Part shown: positions 1 through 11,669 of the stretch, piece after piece
Numbering within the stretch: position 1 is the stretch's first letter
How the letters are laid out: every line of letters begins with the position of its first letter
Assembly (NCBI GenBank): GCA_002269645.1
Contig: NIVC01000019.1
Coordinates: forward strand, 124,001-188,000
DNA from: Macrostomum lignano
Taxonomy: Eukaryota
Direction of reading: 5' to 3'
DNA length: 64,000 bases
The notes under the pieces: generated by a model
What the model saw: only the letters and a program-made list of their open reading frames with translations
What the model was told of the DNA's origin: nothing
The model's database searches: none
Program-made: the position numbers and the translations under genes

Positions 1-989
1 ATTGCTTCTTTCCCCTTGTTCGCGTCCTTTTCTTGTGCGGCTGCTGTTGAGAATGGGGGGGGTAGGATTAGAATAGTTTGAATTGGGAAGATTGCATTGG
101 GGATTGAGATTACCAAGTTAGATCTTACTGGGGGCGGGGGTAAAATTTACTTAGGGAATTGTATCTACTCGCAGCTACTGAGGGGGTAGAGAGAGCTGGG
201 GTAGATGGCAGCTACTGAGGGGTAGAGTGAGCGTGAGCTGGGGTAGATGGCAGCTACTGAGGGGTAGAGTGAGCGTGAGCTGGGGTAGATGGCAGCTACT
301 GAGGGGTAGAGTGAGCGTGAGCTGGGGCAGATGGCAGCGGCACTCACGGCAGCCGCAGTCGCCCGCTTGCCCCCGCCGTCTGGCTGCAGCACGGCCCCAA
401 AGTCCAACAGGGTGCCCGTCAGCTGGTAGGGCGCCTTGGCCTTGGCCAGACTGTCCGACTCCGCCCCGGATGACTGCCAGTCCTCCTCCTGACTGTCGGC
501 ATCATCGGCATCCGCCTCCGCGGCAGCAGCCGACAAAGCCGCGAACGGGTTGTCGGTTTTGCGCCGCGCCGCCCACTCGTCGTGCCAGTCGATCCGCAGG
601 CCATCCAGCAGCCGCCCCGTCCGCCTAGTCGCCAGCTCGGCGTCGAACTGCCCGACCTGCATCAGCTCCGCCTCCCGCCTCAGGCAAGAGTCCAGCCTCT
701 CCTCGACATCGCGAAGCCGCTCCTCGGTCCAGTCGGCTGCCGGCGGTGGCGTCGCTCGCGCCGAGTCGGCGAGCCGCTCGATCTCCGACACAACGCCGAC
801 GAGCTGCTGCTGCTGGTCGGCTGCAACCGAGTGGCGCCGGATGTCGGCGAGGAGCTCCGCCCGACGCGCCTCCAGCTGTTGGACGGCGTCGTCAAAAAAG
901 CCGTTGACCTGGTCGATGAGCTCCTTGCGAGAGTCGACTCGGTTGAGCAACAGGCGCAGATCGGAGGCCTTCGAGCCGATCCGCTCCAT
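1..989 (-). CDS. Array gene 1 (partial, runs off the window): coiled-coil module plus DNPF motif; probable exons 989-348 and 43-<1
   Basis: The ORF at 165..989 has the family motifs FFDDAVQQLEARRAELL and DEWAARRKTDNPFA. A phase-0 donor GCC|GTGAGT at 347 and an acceptor ccccattctcaacag at 44 make 44-347 an intron containing the 42-bp repeat. The next exon reads QPHKKRTRTRGKKQ. An acceptor tttttgcag lies just before the ATG. Confidence 0.7.
171..337. repeat. 42-bp minisatellite (~4 copies), probably intronic
   Basis: Unit gctggggtagatggcagctactgaggggtagagtgagcgtga repeated directly; it generates the YPSSRSLYPSVAAI tail of the raw ORF. Confidence 0.85.
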
Positions 990-1743
990 CGCAGCTGCTG
1001 CTGCAAAAATCAGCGGAGCTGCTCCGACTCAGACAGACTTAGACTTAGTTGTTATGTTCTCAGGATAGCCGCTAACTTGTGTGGCAATAACTATCAGCTT
1101 ATGAATCAAGACTAGCCGACCAGATAAGGCGGCCCTACTAATGCTAAAGCCACGACAAAAGTAAAATTATTGCAATACAAAAATTAAATTAAAAAGATTG
1201 AGGCAATATTAGTAGAAGTACTTTCTTTAAGGCGCGAAGCTAACAACCATGTTTAATAAAACTGCTACTATATACAAATATCGCCTACTTGATAGTAGTA
1301 GTAACAAAGGAATTTGAATGATTTATTTATTTAAAACCAAAGAATGCTGCAAACAGACGGCAATAAGAAGTATAAAAGTGCCTTTTGTGTACAAAAAAAT
1401 GGATTTAAATTTATTCCGGAATAAAATTATTTTTTCGATGCAAACAAAGAGCGTAAAAAAGTAAGAATGTAGAGAAATATCTAATAAACATACAACGCAA
1501 CCCCTCACAGTCACGCCCGCCGATTATATTCAACAATAATTGAAAAGCCACACAACCTTTCGCTCAGTCGTCGCACTGCAGCTGCTCAAATGTGTTAATG
1601 CACGACTCAATGTGTAGTTCAACTGATTTCTCCCTCATCTAAATAACCTTCGGGACCTTCAACGCGATGACTTTAGTTTAGAAAGAAACGCTGTCAAGAA
1701 TCGAAAAGTCATCTCTCTGTAAACTGCGCACATTCACAATGTC

Positions 1744-3021
1744 TTAGCATAATTGAATAGGAGCGGAATCGATCCCCCGACGTCGGGACCTCGGTGACCT
1801 GCCGCGGAGTAACCTGCGTGCCGCCCTACCACGCGACCGGCTCCTCTCTACGCCGCGAAACCTTCCACCTCTGCCAAAGACAAGCGATGCACTTGGCACC
1901 GCACCGTCCTCTTGAAGCTCGGCCTCGTCACCTTGAGACGACTGGCTCGAGTCTTCATTGCGTTGAGTTTCAACTAAAGAGCCGCCTCTTCCATAGGGCC
2001 TCGATCTGCCACGAAAACTGCCGCCGTAGACGCTTGGCAGGTAGCTTCGTCTGGCAGGATAAGCGGCGCCACGGCGCAACCGAGCTATGGATGAACTGTG
2101 CTCAGCATCCAATTCTGACTCACCCGGAGCAGCGACATCCCCGATCTCTCTCCGTTTAAGGTATCTTTCCTCAGGTACCTGCGCCTCATCACACTGAGAC
2201 GACTGGCTCGAGTTTTCATCAAGCTGCTGATTTTCGACTGAAGCACCGCCTCTTCTATAGGGTCTGAGTCTGCCACGACTGCCAAGTCTGCCGCGTTGCG
2301 CAATTGCCCGTCTTGAAAAATGAGCGACGCCACGGCGTGATGCGAAGACTGTTCGAGCAGCGAATGAGTTTTGTTCAGCATCCGCTTCAGCATCATCCCT
2401 TTCATCCGCGTCAGCCTCGTCTGGAGCGTTCACGTCATCGCTCCCCGTGCGACCAAGGTAGGCGCCAAAATTAACAATATTTAGAACTCTGTATTCACTG
2501 TAGTCTTCCAGCTGTTCGTATTGACTGTCGGCATCATCGGCATCCGCCTCCGCGGCAGCAGCCGACAAAGCCGCGAACGGGTTGTCGGCCTGGCGCCGCG
2601 CCGCCCACTCGTCGTGCCAGTCGATCCGCAGGCCATCTAGCAGCCGCCCCGTCCGCCTAGTCGCCAGCTCGACGTCGAACTGCCCGACCTGCAGCAGCTC
2701 CGCCTCCCGCAGCAGGCAGGAGTCCAGCCTCTTCTCGACATCGCGAAGCCTCTCCTCGGTCCAGTTGGCTGCTGACGGCGGCGTTGCTTGCACCGAGTCG
2801 GCGAGTCTCTCGATCTCCGACACGATACCGACGAGCTGCTGCTGCTGGTCGGCTGCCACCGAGTGGCGCCGGATGTCGGCGAGGAGCTCCGCCCGACGCG
2901 TCCCCAGCTGTTGGACGGCGTCGTCAAAAAAGCCGTTGACCTGGTCGATGAGCTCCTTGCGAGAGTCGACTCGGTTGAGCAGCAGGCGCAGATCGGAGGC
3001 CTTCGAGCCGATCCGCTCCAT
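1744..3021 (-). CDS. Array gene 2: coiled-coil + DNPF + acidic linker + RGG/RS-rich tail, no propeller (425 aa)
   Basis: Single ORF. The first ~170 codons are nearly identical to gene 1. The C-terminus has RGRSRPYGRGG and RSRSRGR...RGRSPRSRR. An acceptor tttcag lies 16 nt before the ATG. No propeller exon is found between 990 and 1743. Confidence 0.75.
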   Translation of the reverse strand: MERIGSKASDLRLLLNRVDSRKELIDQVNGFFDDAVQQLGTRRAELLADIRRHSVAADQQQQLVGIVSEIERLADSVQATPPSAANWTEERLRDVEKRLDSCLLREAELLQVGQFDVELATRRTGRLLDGLRIDWHDEWAARRQADNPFAALSAAAAEADADDADSQYEQLEDYSEYRVLNIVNFGAYLGRTGSDDVNAPDEADADERDDAEADAEQNSFAARTVFASRRGVAHFSRRAIAQRGRLGSRGRLRPYRRGGASVENQQLDENSSQSSQCDEAQVPEERYLKRREIGDVAAPGESELDAEHSSSIARLRRGAAYPARRSYLPSVYGGSFRGRSRPYGRGGSLVETQRNEDSSQSSQGDEAELQEDGAVPSASLVFGRGGRFRGVERSRSRGRAARRLLRGRSPRSRRRGIDSAPIQLC

Positions 3022-3519
3022 CGCAGCTGCTGCAGGTCTGAAATAAATGGGTCAGCAGGTTTTTGAAAACGATCGCCAGGTGTACATTGAATTTCAAACA
3101 TTATAAAGAGAAATGAAAATATAGCAAAATTTTGCGTTAAATGAAGATTCTGAGTAGAATAAGTCAATTTTATTGAGTAAATCATTCAACATCACCAGTG
3201 CATACAGTTGATGGAAATAGAGCAAAACTATTGGATAAAAATGTAATAAACATTTATAGACACAGTATTTGGCATTATTCCTTACAATGGAAAGACGGAA
3301 AAGTCAAATAAAAAACCAGCAAAACAAAAGTGCTGAATACAAATGTATCCTTAAGGCCGTTTTCATGGAATTTTTAAAAATATTAATAAGGCGCAAAAAC
3401 CAGACAGACAAAAACATGGAGTGTTGTAAAGTTGTAAAAAAAACAAGTAAAATACTTTTATCGCATACATGTTAATGCATCAAGAGTTAGCAAAGAGTCG
3501 ACTGGGTTTAATAGTAGCA

Positions 3520-3776
3520 CAGGGGTCGGCAAACCCCGTCCGTCGGGCCACATGCGGCCCTCGAAGTCCCTCTACCAGGCCGTCGGGTCCTTTGAAGCTT
3601 CACAATGGCAATCCGGCCCGGCCCGCTCAATGTTTGTGCCTCTTCTCAACTCTCTCCCCTCTCCTTTCTCCCACTCTCTTCTACGAGCGTATTCCCTCTC
3701 TTTTCCACTCTCATTTGGCCCGCAGCCATGAGTTGGATTCTACCTGGCCCTTGAGATAAAAGTTTTCCGACCCCTG
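3520..3776. mobile_element. hAT-like MITE (257 bp)
   Basis: TIRs caggggtcggcaaac (3520) and gttttccgacccctg (to 3776). CAGGGG ends are typical of hAT/Charlie MITEs. The flanks share gtagc but the 8-bp TSD is degenerate. Confidence 0.7.
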
Positions 3777-3799
3777 GAAGTAGCGAAAACTATGCGTGC

Positions 3800-4652
3800 A
3801 TAAATGTGTACGATGTGACACGGGGTATGCTAGTTAGTTAGTTCGCAACGGTCAAGTCAAAGCGGGCAGTCAAACTATAAATGTGTACGATGTGACACGG
3901 GGTATGCTAGTTAGTTAGTTCGCAACGGTCAAGTCAAAGCGGGCAGTCAAACTATAAATGTGTACGATGTGACACGGGGGTATGCTAGTTAGTTAGTTCG
4001 CAGCGGTCAAGTCAAAGCGGGCAGTCAAACTATAAATGTGTACGATGTGACACGGGGGTATGCTAGTTAGTTAGTTCGCAACGGTCAAGTAAAAGCGGGC
4101 AGTCAAACTATAAATGTGTACGATGTGACACGGGGGTATGCTAGTTAGTTAGTTCGCAGCGGTCAAGTCAAAGCGGGCAGTCAAACTATAAATGTGTACG
4201 ATGTGACACGGGGGTATGCTAGTTAGTTAGTTCGCAGCGGTCAAGTCAAAGCGGGCAGTCAAACTATAAATGTGTACGATGTGACACGGGGGTATGCTAG
4301 TTAGTTAGTTCGCAGCGGTCAAGTCAAAGCGGGCAGTCAAACTATAAATGTGTACGATGTGACACGGGGGTATGCTAGTTAGTTAGTTCGCAACGGTCAA
4401 GTCAAAGCGGGCAGTCAAACTATAAATGTGTACGATGTGACACGGGGGTATGCTAGTTAGTTAGTTCGCAACGGTCAAGTCAAAGCGGGCAGTTAAACTA
4501 TAAATGTGTACGATGTGACACGGGGGTATGCTAGTTAGTTAGTTCGCAGCGGTCAAGTCAAAGCGGGCAGTCAAACTATAAATGTGTACGATGTGACACG
4601 GGGGTATGCTAGTTAGTTAGTTCGCAACGGTCAAGTCAAAGCGGGCAGTCAA
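3800..4652. repeat. 77-78-bp tandem satellite, ~11 near-identical copies
   Basis: Unit aaactataaatgtgtacgatgtgacacgggggtatgctagttagttagttcgcaacggtcaagtcaaagcgggcagtc; starts at 3801, 3878, 3955 and so on; no spacers. Confidence 0.95.
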
Positions 4653-4805
4653 CCCGCAGCCAGCAATGGTCATTCCGCTGAATCGCTGAGAACGCAAACT
4701 TCCTCAATCGTCAGGCATGTACACACTCGGTGCCTTGGCAGCTGGCCCTCAGGGGCCATTTTTGCACATACTCTCATGGAAAAATCAGACTCCGGACGAG
4801 TTCAT

Positions 4806-7506
4806 TCACATAAAAGAACTCATAGCGGCCGAGAACACGCAGCCGTTGTTGCAGCAGGCGGCAATGGAGTCCTTGACGGGGCACAGATTCCAAACAAGCC
4901 AGGGCGCCCTGACTGGCACACTGCTGATCAAGCTGAAGCTGTTCCGATCCAGCACGAGAAACTCGGTCACCCCGTCAGTCCGACGCGACAACAGCAGACG
5001 ATTTTGCACGAATTCGACGCTGGGAATCACTAACGACTGGAACGCTTCGCCCTGACATTCTGCCCGCTCGAACTCAACCGACTTAGCGGACTGTCGGCTG
5101 GTCGATTTGACAAGTTTAAGCGCGCATAGTCGATAGGCACTGGGCCCAGTGTGGTCCACTATGACCAGCCTGCTCTCAGTGGCGTCCCAGGCGAGCCTGA
5201 CCGGAGCAAAGAGTCCATAGGCCGCCAGTGAGATGAATTGACGAATTTTAACCGGCTTTGATGCGTCATCAACAAGCGACACGATGTAGATTCCAGCAGC
5301 TGGAGAACTGATTATCAATAATTCGCCAGTACTGATGGCGTCCTCTGGCGCTTCCAGCTGCCTGCTGAAATCAAGAAGCAGGCGCGATCGATCAGGTTTT
5401 GTGAAAAATTCGCTAAACTAAATAAAATTCCCTTAAAAACAACATGAGCGTCAGGCTGTTGATAACTAAAACTCCGACTGGAATGCTCTAAATTTTGGCA
5501 ACTTAAAAAGGCTCTGAAGTGACGGGTTATTTTTTGGTCTCCTCCCTTTGCGGCACAAACGCTACCTTTTTTGCTCGTCACAAATACATCTTCGCACCTC
5601 ACTCAAACTAAACCTATGAACGCAACCTGGTCTCCGCTTACTGGATGCGACTTGGATTGAGACTTGAGAGTTGAATTCGTACAAAAACATCGGGACTTCT
5701 TTGCTAAAACTTTTTCCCCAACATACTTGGCATCGTATACGATCTTTTCCTGGGATGACTTTCCTGGGTTTCACACCGAGATGGAAATAAAAAATGACAG
5801 TTTTGTACACTATGTAAGATGTAAGATTGTGTTTTAAGAGGCAGAGGAAAAACCTGCCTCTTAAAATTTTCCAAGAAACGTAATTCCCGCCTTCCTACTT
5901 GAGTAGTCTTTGTGCACTCCACCATGGTTAGGGTTAGGCCTTCGCACCTTTTTCTGGATGTCTGCTGTCACGTCCTTTATTATTTAGCTATGTCTTCAGC
6001 TTAACTCAATTTTAATTTAGCTGTTTACGATCTGGAATTCTATTGGTCCGCGGGATCGCCTGGATTTAATAAAAATCGTGCTCAGTAAAAGTTGCACCCG
6101 ATAGTTCATTGATAAACTTTGGGTGATGAAACAACAAGCACTCACTTTCGACTGAATTCCGGCCCGATTCGGAACTCAAGGCGGCCGGTCGGATCGGTGA
6201 CTAATACCTGACGATTCGACCTGTCAATCACAATTAGAAGATTATGCCTGCTACACGATCGAATTCGATACGGATGAATCACGGGCGGACTGTCCGCTTG
6301 ATGCCTGTAGCTGAAGAAGAACACATTGAGAAATTTGCCAGCTGCGCTGTACACAAATATCCTCTTCTGCGGCAGCTCAACAGAGAAATACATGTTTGAC
6401 AAATAAGTCAGTGATACGGGAAAGTTGTGCAGACTGAAAGACATAATGATCTCAAATGGCAGCGCATCCTGCACCGCCGACAATGCATCTGCATTGCCGC
6501 AGTCAGCTCTGTCGGCATCAGGAGCTGCTGTAGGCAAGGTGTGACCGCCTCTATTAAAGCCACCTCTGCCTCCTCTGTTGGCTGAGGCGACATTGGACGA
6601 GCCGCGTTGAGACGGCCAAGAAAAGTTTCCACCACGAGACCGAGACATGCCACGACCAGCTCGAGAACGAGGGCCGCTTCTACCTCGAGATGAAGCCACT
6701 TGACCCCTAACTGCAACAGGTGAAAAGAAGTACGCAACGTTATCTGCATCGCCTTCACAGTCATCCTGAGAAGGTGTGTTCGAATTTTCATCGGATGTTT
6801 CGCCTTCGACAGTCTGATTGAACTTGTGCAGTTCAGCAGCTGATCCGTGCTTAGCAGCGCCCCGACCATACGGCCTGGCTCGTGCACCCACACTGACTCC
6901 ACGAATTCCATGCGCTCGATAAGGCCTTCTGTGCAGCCAGGTGCCTCCACGAGCACCGAAAGATCGTTGTTCATTACCGCCAGCTCCATCTGCTAGAGCT
7001 GTTGCACCACTGCATTCTTCTTCTCTACTGCTGCGCAACACTGTGCCAAAATCAACTTTCTGCAGCACCTGATAGTCACAGCTGGCGAAGTCTTCAGCCT
7101 GGCAGTCTTCGCCGCTGTCGGCTTCTTCGGCGTCCGCAGACGAGGCGAACGGATTGTCGGCCTCGCGCCGCATCATCCACTCGTCGCGCCAGTCGATCTT
7201 CAGACTGTCCAGCAGACGATGCGTTCGTCGACTAGCCAGCATTGCGTCAAAATGGCCGCTTCTGAGACGGATTTCCAGTCTCTGTTCAGCATCAGAATTT
7301 GCAACAGCTTTATAAGCATCCTCTCTGCCATCCTGCTGCTCCTCGTGCTCTTCAATATCTTCAATGAGCTCGAATCTGCGAGCCTCCAGTTGCGCTATGA
7401 CGTCATCAAAGAAACTATTGACCTGACTTTTAAGCTCCACGGTTCCGGCTGCTTGGCTCATCGAATGTGGCTCATCGAATGTGATCGGCAAAGTCGAGGA
7501 AAACAT
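4806..7506 (-). CDS. Array gene 3: coiled-coil + DNPF + RGG-rich linker + NHL-like propeller (~639 aa); exons 7506-6146 and 5364-4806
   Basis: Phase-2 donor AA|GTGAGT at 6145 and acceptor gatttcag at 5365 join GPEFSR-N-RQLEAPEDAISTG in frame (1361+559 nt). Propeller-like motifs include HPYRIRSC..LLIVIDRSNRQVLV and PVRLAWD...LVIVD. Confidence 0.85.
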
Positions 7507-7584
7507 GAAAAAATTGTTTTTAATAACTGTTAATAAAAACGGAACTTGCTATCTAAGATTTAAGCTTCAGTTGAGAACTTTCCA

Positions 7585-7872
7585 CCATCCTGCGCCGGCG
7601 GCGACTAACAACTGTCGGGCCACGTGATCCCCTACTGCCCCCAACCTGTTCAGGACGTCCTGCTTTTCACCCTTCAGGGCCCGTTTAGGCCGGGTCAGGC
7701 CCAAACCCGTCGATACGTGGACTGTCTCCTACGCGACGCCGGGTCGCCCGACACTGCCAACGGGGCGGACTTCGTCGGCTCACAGGCTCTGCGGCGCGCC
7801 ATCTGACGCACCCTGCTCTGTGACTTTGCTTGCGCGAGTCTGCGTAATTTGTTTTTGTTGTTGTTGTTGTTG
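7585..7872 (+). mobile_element. 5'-truncated RTE-like LINE 3' end with (TTG)n tail
   Basis: Translates LRRRRL/QLSGHVI...VLLFTLQGPFRPGQAQTRRYVDCLLRDAG, resembling the RTE-clade C-terminus (RRLRLAGH...LLW...RGRP..TY.D.L..D.G), followed by a ttg microsatellite tail. Confidence 0.6.
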
Positions 7873-8797
7873 AGAGCTTGGTCTTTGGTGGATGGGGGAC
7901 CAAAGTAAAAACAAGACTAACAACGCTGAAAACTTGTCATTTACTTTTTAGGCTATTAAACTAACTGTTTATCTTTTACCTCTAAACCCTATTTCGATTC
8001 CTGCTAGTGTAAAAAGTGTTACAAAATTACAATAATAATGCTCAGTCAGCCACAAAACAGATAACTGCTTTGAGATTGCGATTTTTTATTTTGTAAAAAA
8101 TTCCAAACAACCATAATTGTGTTCAAGTAAAAGACACCGACAAATTATAATCAACAGAAACAACATATAAAATTGAGTTCGTTAAAAAATAAATGATGTG
8201 AGTTTGCGAAAAAAATGGTTTGAATTATTATTAATAAAAGTTGGGGAAATATTGCGAGAAGTTGAATGCAAGGATTATGTAAAATCAGCACAATTATTGC
8301 TTACTGAGGAATGCAAAATGCAAAATGAAAAAAAATTATTGATTAAGTTCAGTAGCTGATTAACTATGACATGAAACAAGTAAGAGCTTATTTGATGATA
8401 AAATAGCAAAGCTAAGTGCAATACAACTTGGGTATAGTCTGGCATGAAAACAAACCGGTGAAAAATTCCAAATAATGTAGCACCATGGTTTTGAAACAAC
8501 ATTTTGCCATACACTATATTGAAATCATAGTTTGGCAGTCAAGGCAGAACACAAAACGATAATATTAGCCTCGCCGAAAATTCATTAAAAAGTGTGTAGC
8601 GCATTCTGCACTTGATATTTTGCCCTTTCCCTCTTGTCTGGATAGGCCTCCCCGGTTGACCAAGTTCTGTCTGGTTAGGGGTGGTCCGGCACTTGGCTTG
8701 AGCCCTCACCCCTCCCTTGCGCGCGGCCTGATTGGTCGTTCAGCCGGTTTTAGCTGCGCTGGGCGGCTCTTATTGGCTGGGCAAGGCTCGCTCTCAC

Positions 8798-8800
<3 letters not shown>

Positions 8801-8860
<60 letters not shown>
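8801..8860. repeat. (CT)n microsatellite
   Basis: About 30 CT units seen directly. Confidence 0.95.
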
Positions 8861-8864
<4 letters not shown>

Positions 8865-9551
8865 TACTTTTGTTCTAAAGCTCTATAGTTCCAAAGTTCT
8901 TCCTTTTGTTAAACCACGAAGTTAAAACTAAACAGACGAAGCGGACGAAGACAGAGAATATAGCTATAGACCATACAGAGCTATTCAGAAAATTGAGATT
9001 CAGTAGCATACGCTCGTAAAGAATCAAGCAACAAAATGAACAAGCTCAACCCGAGTCCGGCGTCCGCCCGTTACGGCTGATTGACCAAACTGGTAATTTG
9101 TGTTGCTGGTAGTTGTGTTGCTCCTTTTCGGGTATACAGGGTAGTGCATCCCAACGCCTAATTACTTATTCTTATCCAAATATTTGTTAAGCTTCCGATA
9201 CAATACATCAACGTACCTGTATTAACTATAGAAGCACGCTGTGAGTGTCCCAACACCACACAGTGCCAGGCTAAGTCAGTGCATCCCAACGCCAGACCAC
9301 CTCGGCCACCCGACAACAACGATCCAGTGCGTCCCGACTTTATTTATAACATACTCGAATAATCTTAATCTGACTGTGGAAACCAAACCGACTACAGCCA
9401 CCAAAAGTGTTCAGATAAATCTCTGGCTGGAAATGCAACTGCCTCTGAGACACCTCTGAATATGACTAATATAACTCAAACCCAAGTCTAAAAAGCACTT
9501 GAGTCGATTTTAACGACTTTCTGACGATAGTAAGCGATTATATCCGCAGTG

Positions 9552-11669
9552 CTACATCAGGTAGCGTCTATCAACAACATAGACTTTTCCATTGTCGCAG
9601 CCGATAGCAGCTTGGCCACTTTCCAACGGGCAGAGGCAGATCGCTGGCCAAGGCGTCTTCACTGACTGGAAGCTGGCGCGCCACAAGTTGACGCCAAGGA
9701 AGCTGAAAACGCGAAGGGTCCGGTCGCTGGTCCAGCAGCACAGCAGCAGGCGGTCGCCAAAGAACTCCAGGCAAGGCGGCGTCTCCGATTCGAACGTCCC
9801 GCCGTCTGGCGCGCCCCAGTCGCTCGCCTCAACTGTAGTTTTAGCCGGCTTCAGATGGAACGCGCGCAGACGGTAGGTGCGGAGAGTCACGTGGTCGAGG
9901 ACGCACAGCCTGGCCGCAGTCGGATTCCAGGCCAGTCGCATCGGCGCCGACAATCGCAGTTTGTCACGAGCCAGCGTCGCTTTGCAAGTTTTAGGTGCGG
10001 TCAGGGAGACCAGGTAGATACCCTGGCTTGGCGAGCAAATTGCCAGAAACTTGCCAGTGCTCACGGCGTCCTCGGGTGCAGACAGGCGGTGACTGCAGAA
10101 TGTTATTTAAGAAAGATACGTGTACATACGTGTAAGTCACTATTGGCTAAGAAAAGTTATGTAACATCTGGCCCATCCCGCCACTTCAGTTTCTGTGGCT
10201 ATGATTCATACAATGCACACTTACAGTAAGCGTCTGGAAGAAATATGAGACTTACACGCAGCTAAAATACGGACCAACAGTGAGAATCGGTGACAAGTTT
10301 TGCCTGGCCAACAGGTGCACCTGACAGTTGGACTTGTCAATTAGGATAAGCGCATCCCATTCTCTAAACGAGCGAATACGATAGGCATTCTTCACGCGAG
10401 GGCCAATGTTGCGAGCTGTGCTAAACTTTCCACTTGAATCGTACACGGAAACACTTTTTGGATACGACTCAATTGAGTAGAATTCGTCAGGTAAATAGGC
10501 TAGTGACTTCGCTTTCTCACGGAGACTGATTGACAGTTGGCAAGGAAACGGCGATGAATCGCTACTTGAGGAATTTTGTTGCTTACTAGATGAGGAACTT
10601 AGAGACTGGTCTGCTGATGTAAAGTGATGTGACGCCTTTAGCTTATCCGTTTGAGGCGGTAGCCTCTTCTTCTCAACAATGCATGGAGATTCACTTAGGA
10701 TTGAAACGGAATAGCCTTTGCCGGTATCTGATACAGACGCACTTTGTCCAGAAGCTGACACAGGTGTACCTTTTCCAGTCGCAGAAGGCATAGATGCACC
10801 TTTACCTGTCGCTGACGGCATAGATGCACCTCTTCCAGTAGCTGACACAGACGAGTAGCGGCTATTTTGAGCTGATGCGGAACCAATTTTAGTAGAAGCA
10901 GACACATTACCACCTTCATCAGAGGTTGTTTCAGATGCGCCTTTGTTGGCATCCAATGTTATTTCTGTATTGAATACGGAACTCTGTAATGGTTTATAAT
11001 AGTAGTTATAATCACATGCATGCAATTGACTTTATATGATTGTATATTTTTCAAGTGAACTGATAGACACCATCAACTCACTTGTACACCAGCTTGCTTA
11101 TTTTGAACTTCTGACAAAGCAGAGCGCAAGTTCTCCGTGCTTAGCAGTGAATACGCAGAGAGAATTTCGCTTTCTTCATCACTCTCAACCTTCGCAGCGT
11201 CCACAGATGAGGCGAACGGGTTGTCTGCCTGGCGCCTCATCGTCCACTCGTCGTGCCAACTGATCTTTAGACTTTCCAGCAGACGCTCCGTTCGCCGCTT
11301 GGCCAGTTTTGTATCGAACTGCCCGATCTGCAGCAGGTCAGCTTCGCACCGCAGGCAAGCGTCAAGCCTCTGCTCGACATCGCAGTGAGTCGCTGAGTGA
11401 TCAGACTTATGATCACCGGAGCCCGTCAACTTCTCTGCATCCTCGGCAATAATGAGACTATTAATTCGCTGTTCAGGTGTCAGAGAGTGATCTTGAATCT
11501 CTCTGAGCAGGCCGGCTCTGCAAATCTCCAACTTGGCGATTGTATCGTTGAAAAACTCGTTCACCTGCCTGAGCAGCTCTTTGTTGTCAGATGCGCGGTT
11601 AATCAGCGACCGGAGCTGCGTAGACTTGAACTGCATTGCCCCCGTGTCTATTATTGATGAGCGAGACAT
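9552..11669 (-). CDS. Array gene 4: coiled-coil + DNPF + Ser/Thr/Gly linker + NHL-like propeller (618 aa); exons 11669-11082, 10983-10256 and 10092-9552
   Basis: Introns 10984-11081 (phase 0, CAA|GTGAGT...ttacag) and 10093-10255 (phase 2, GT|GTAAGT...ttctgcag). Exon lengths 588+728+541 close the frame. The junction reads GPYFSC-V-HRLSAPEDAVSTG. Confidence 0.88.

Noticed and set aside
165-347. YPSSRSLYPSVAAI repeat as the coding C-terminus of gene 1
   Set aside because: A consensus donor (GTGAGT at 347) and acceptor (44) bracket it, so it is more likely intronic, although retention is not excluded.
550-3185. Plus-strand and alternate-frame ORFs over genes 1 and 2 (550..1068, 582..1115, 2582..3046, 2637..3185 and others)
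   Set aside because: These are shadow ORFs of GC-rich coding sequence; they recur only because the sense genes are duplicated.
3800-4652. CRISPR-like regular array
   Set aside because: Units are contiguous and near-identical with no unique spacers, there are no cas genes, and the context is eukaryotic.
6408-6989. 193-aa overlapping alternate-frame ORF in gene 3
   Set aside because: It has no recognisable motifs, no counterpart in the paralogs, and is expected by chance in GC-rich coding DNA.
8620-8925. 101-aa ORF with an LSLSLS run
   Set aside because: It is a translation of the (CT)n microsatellite.
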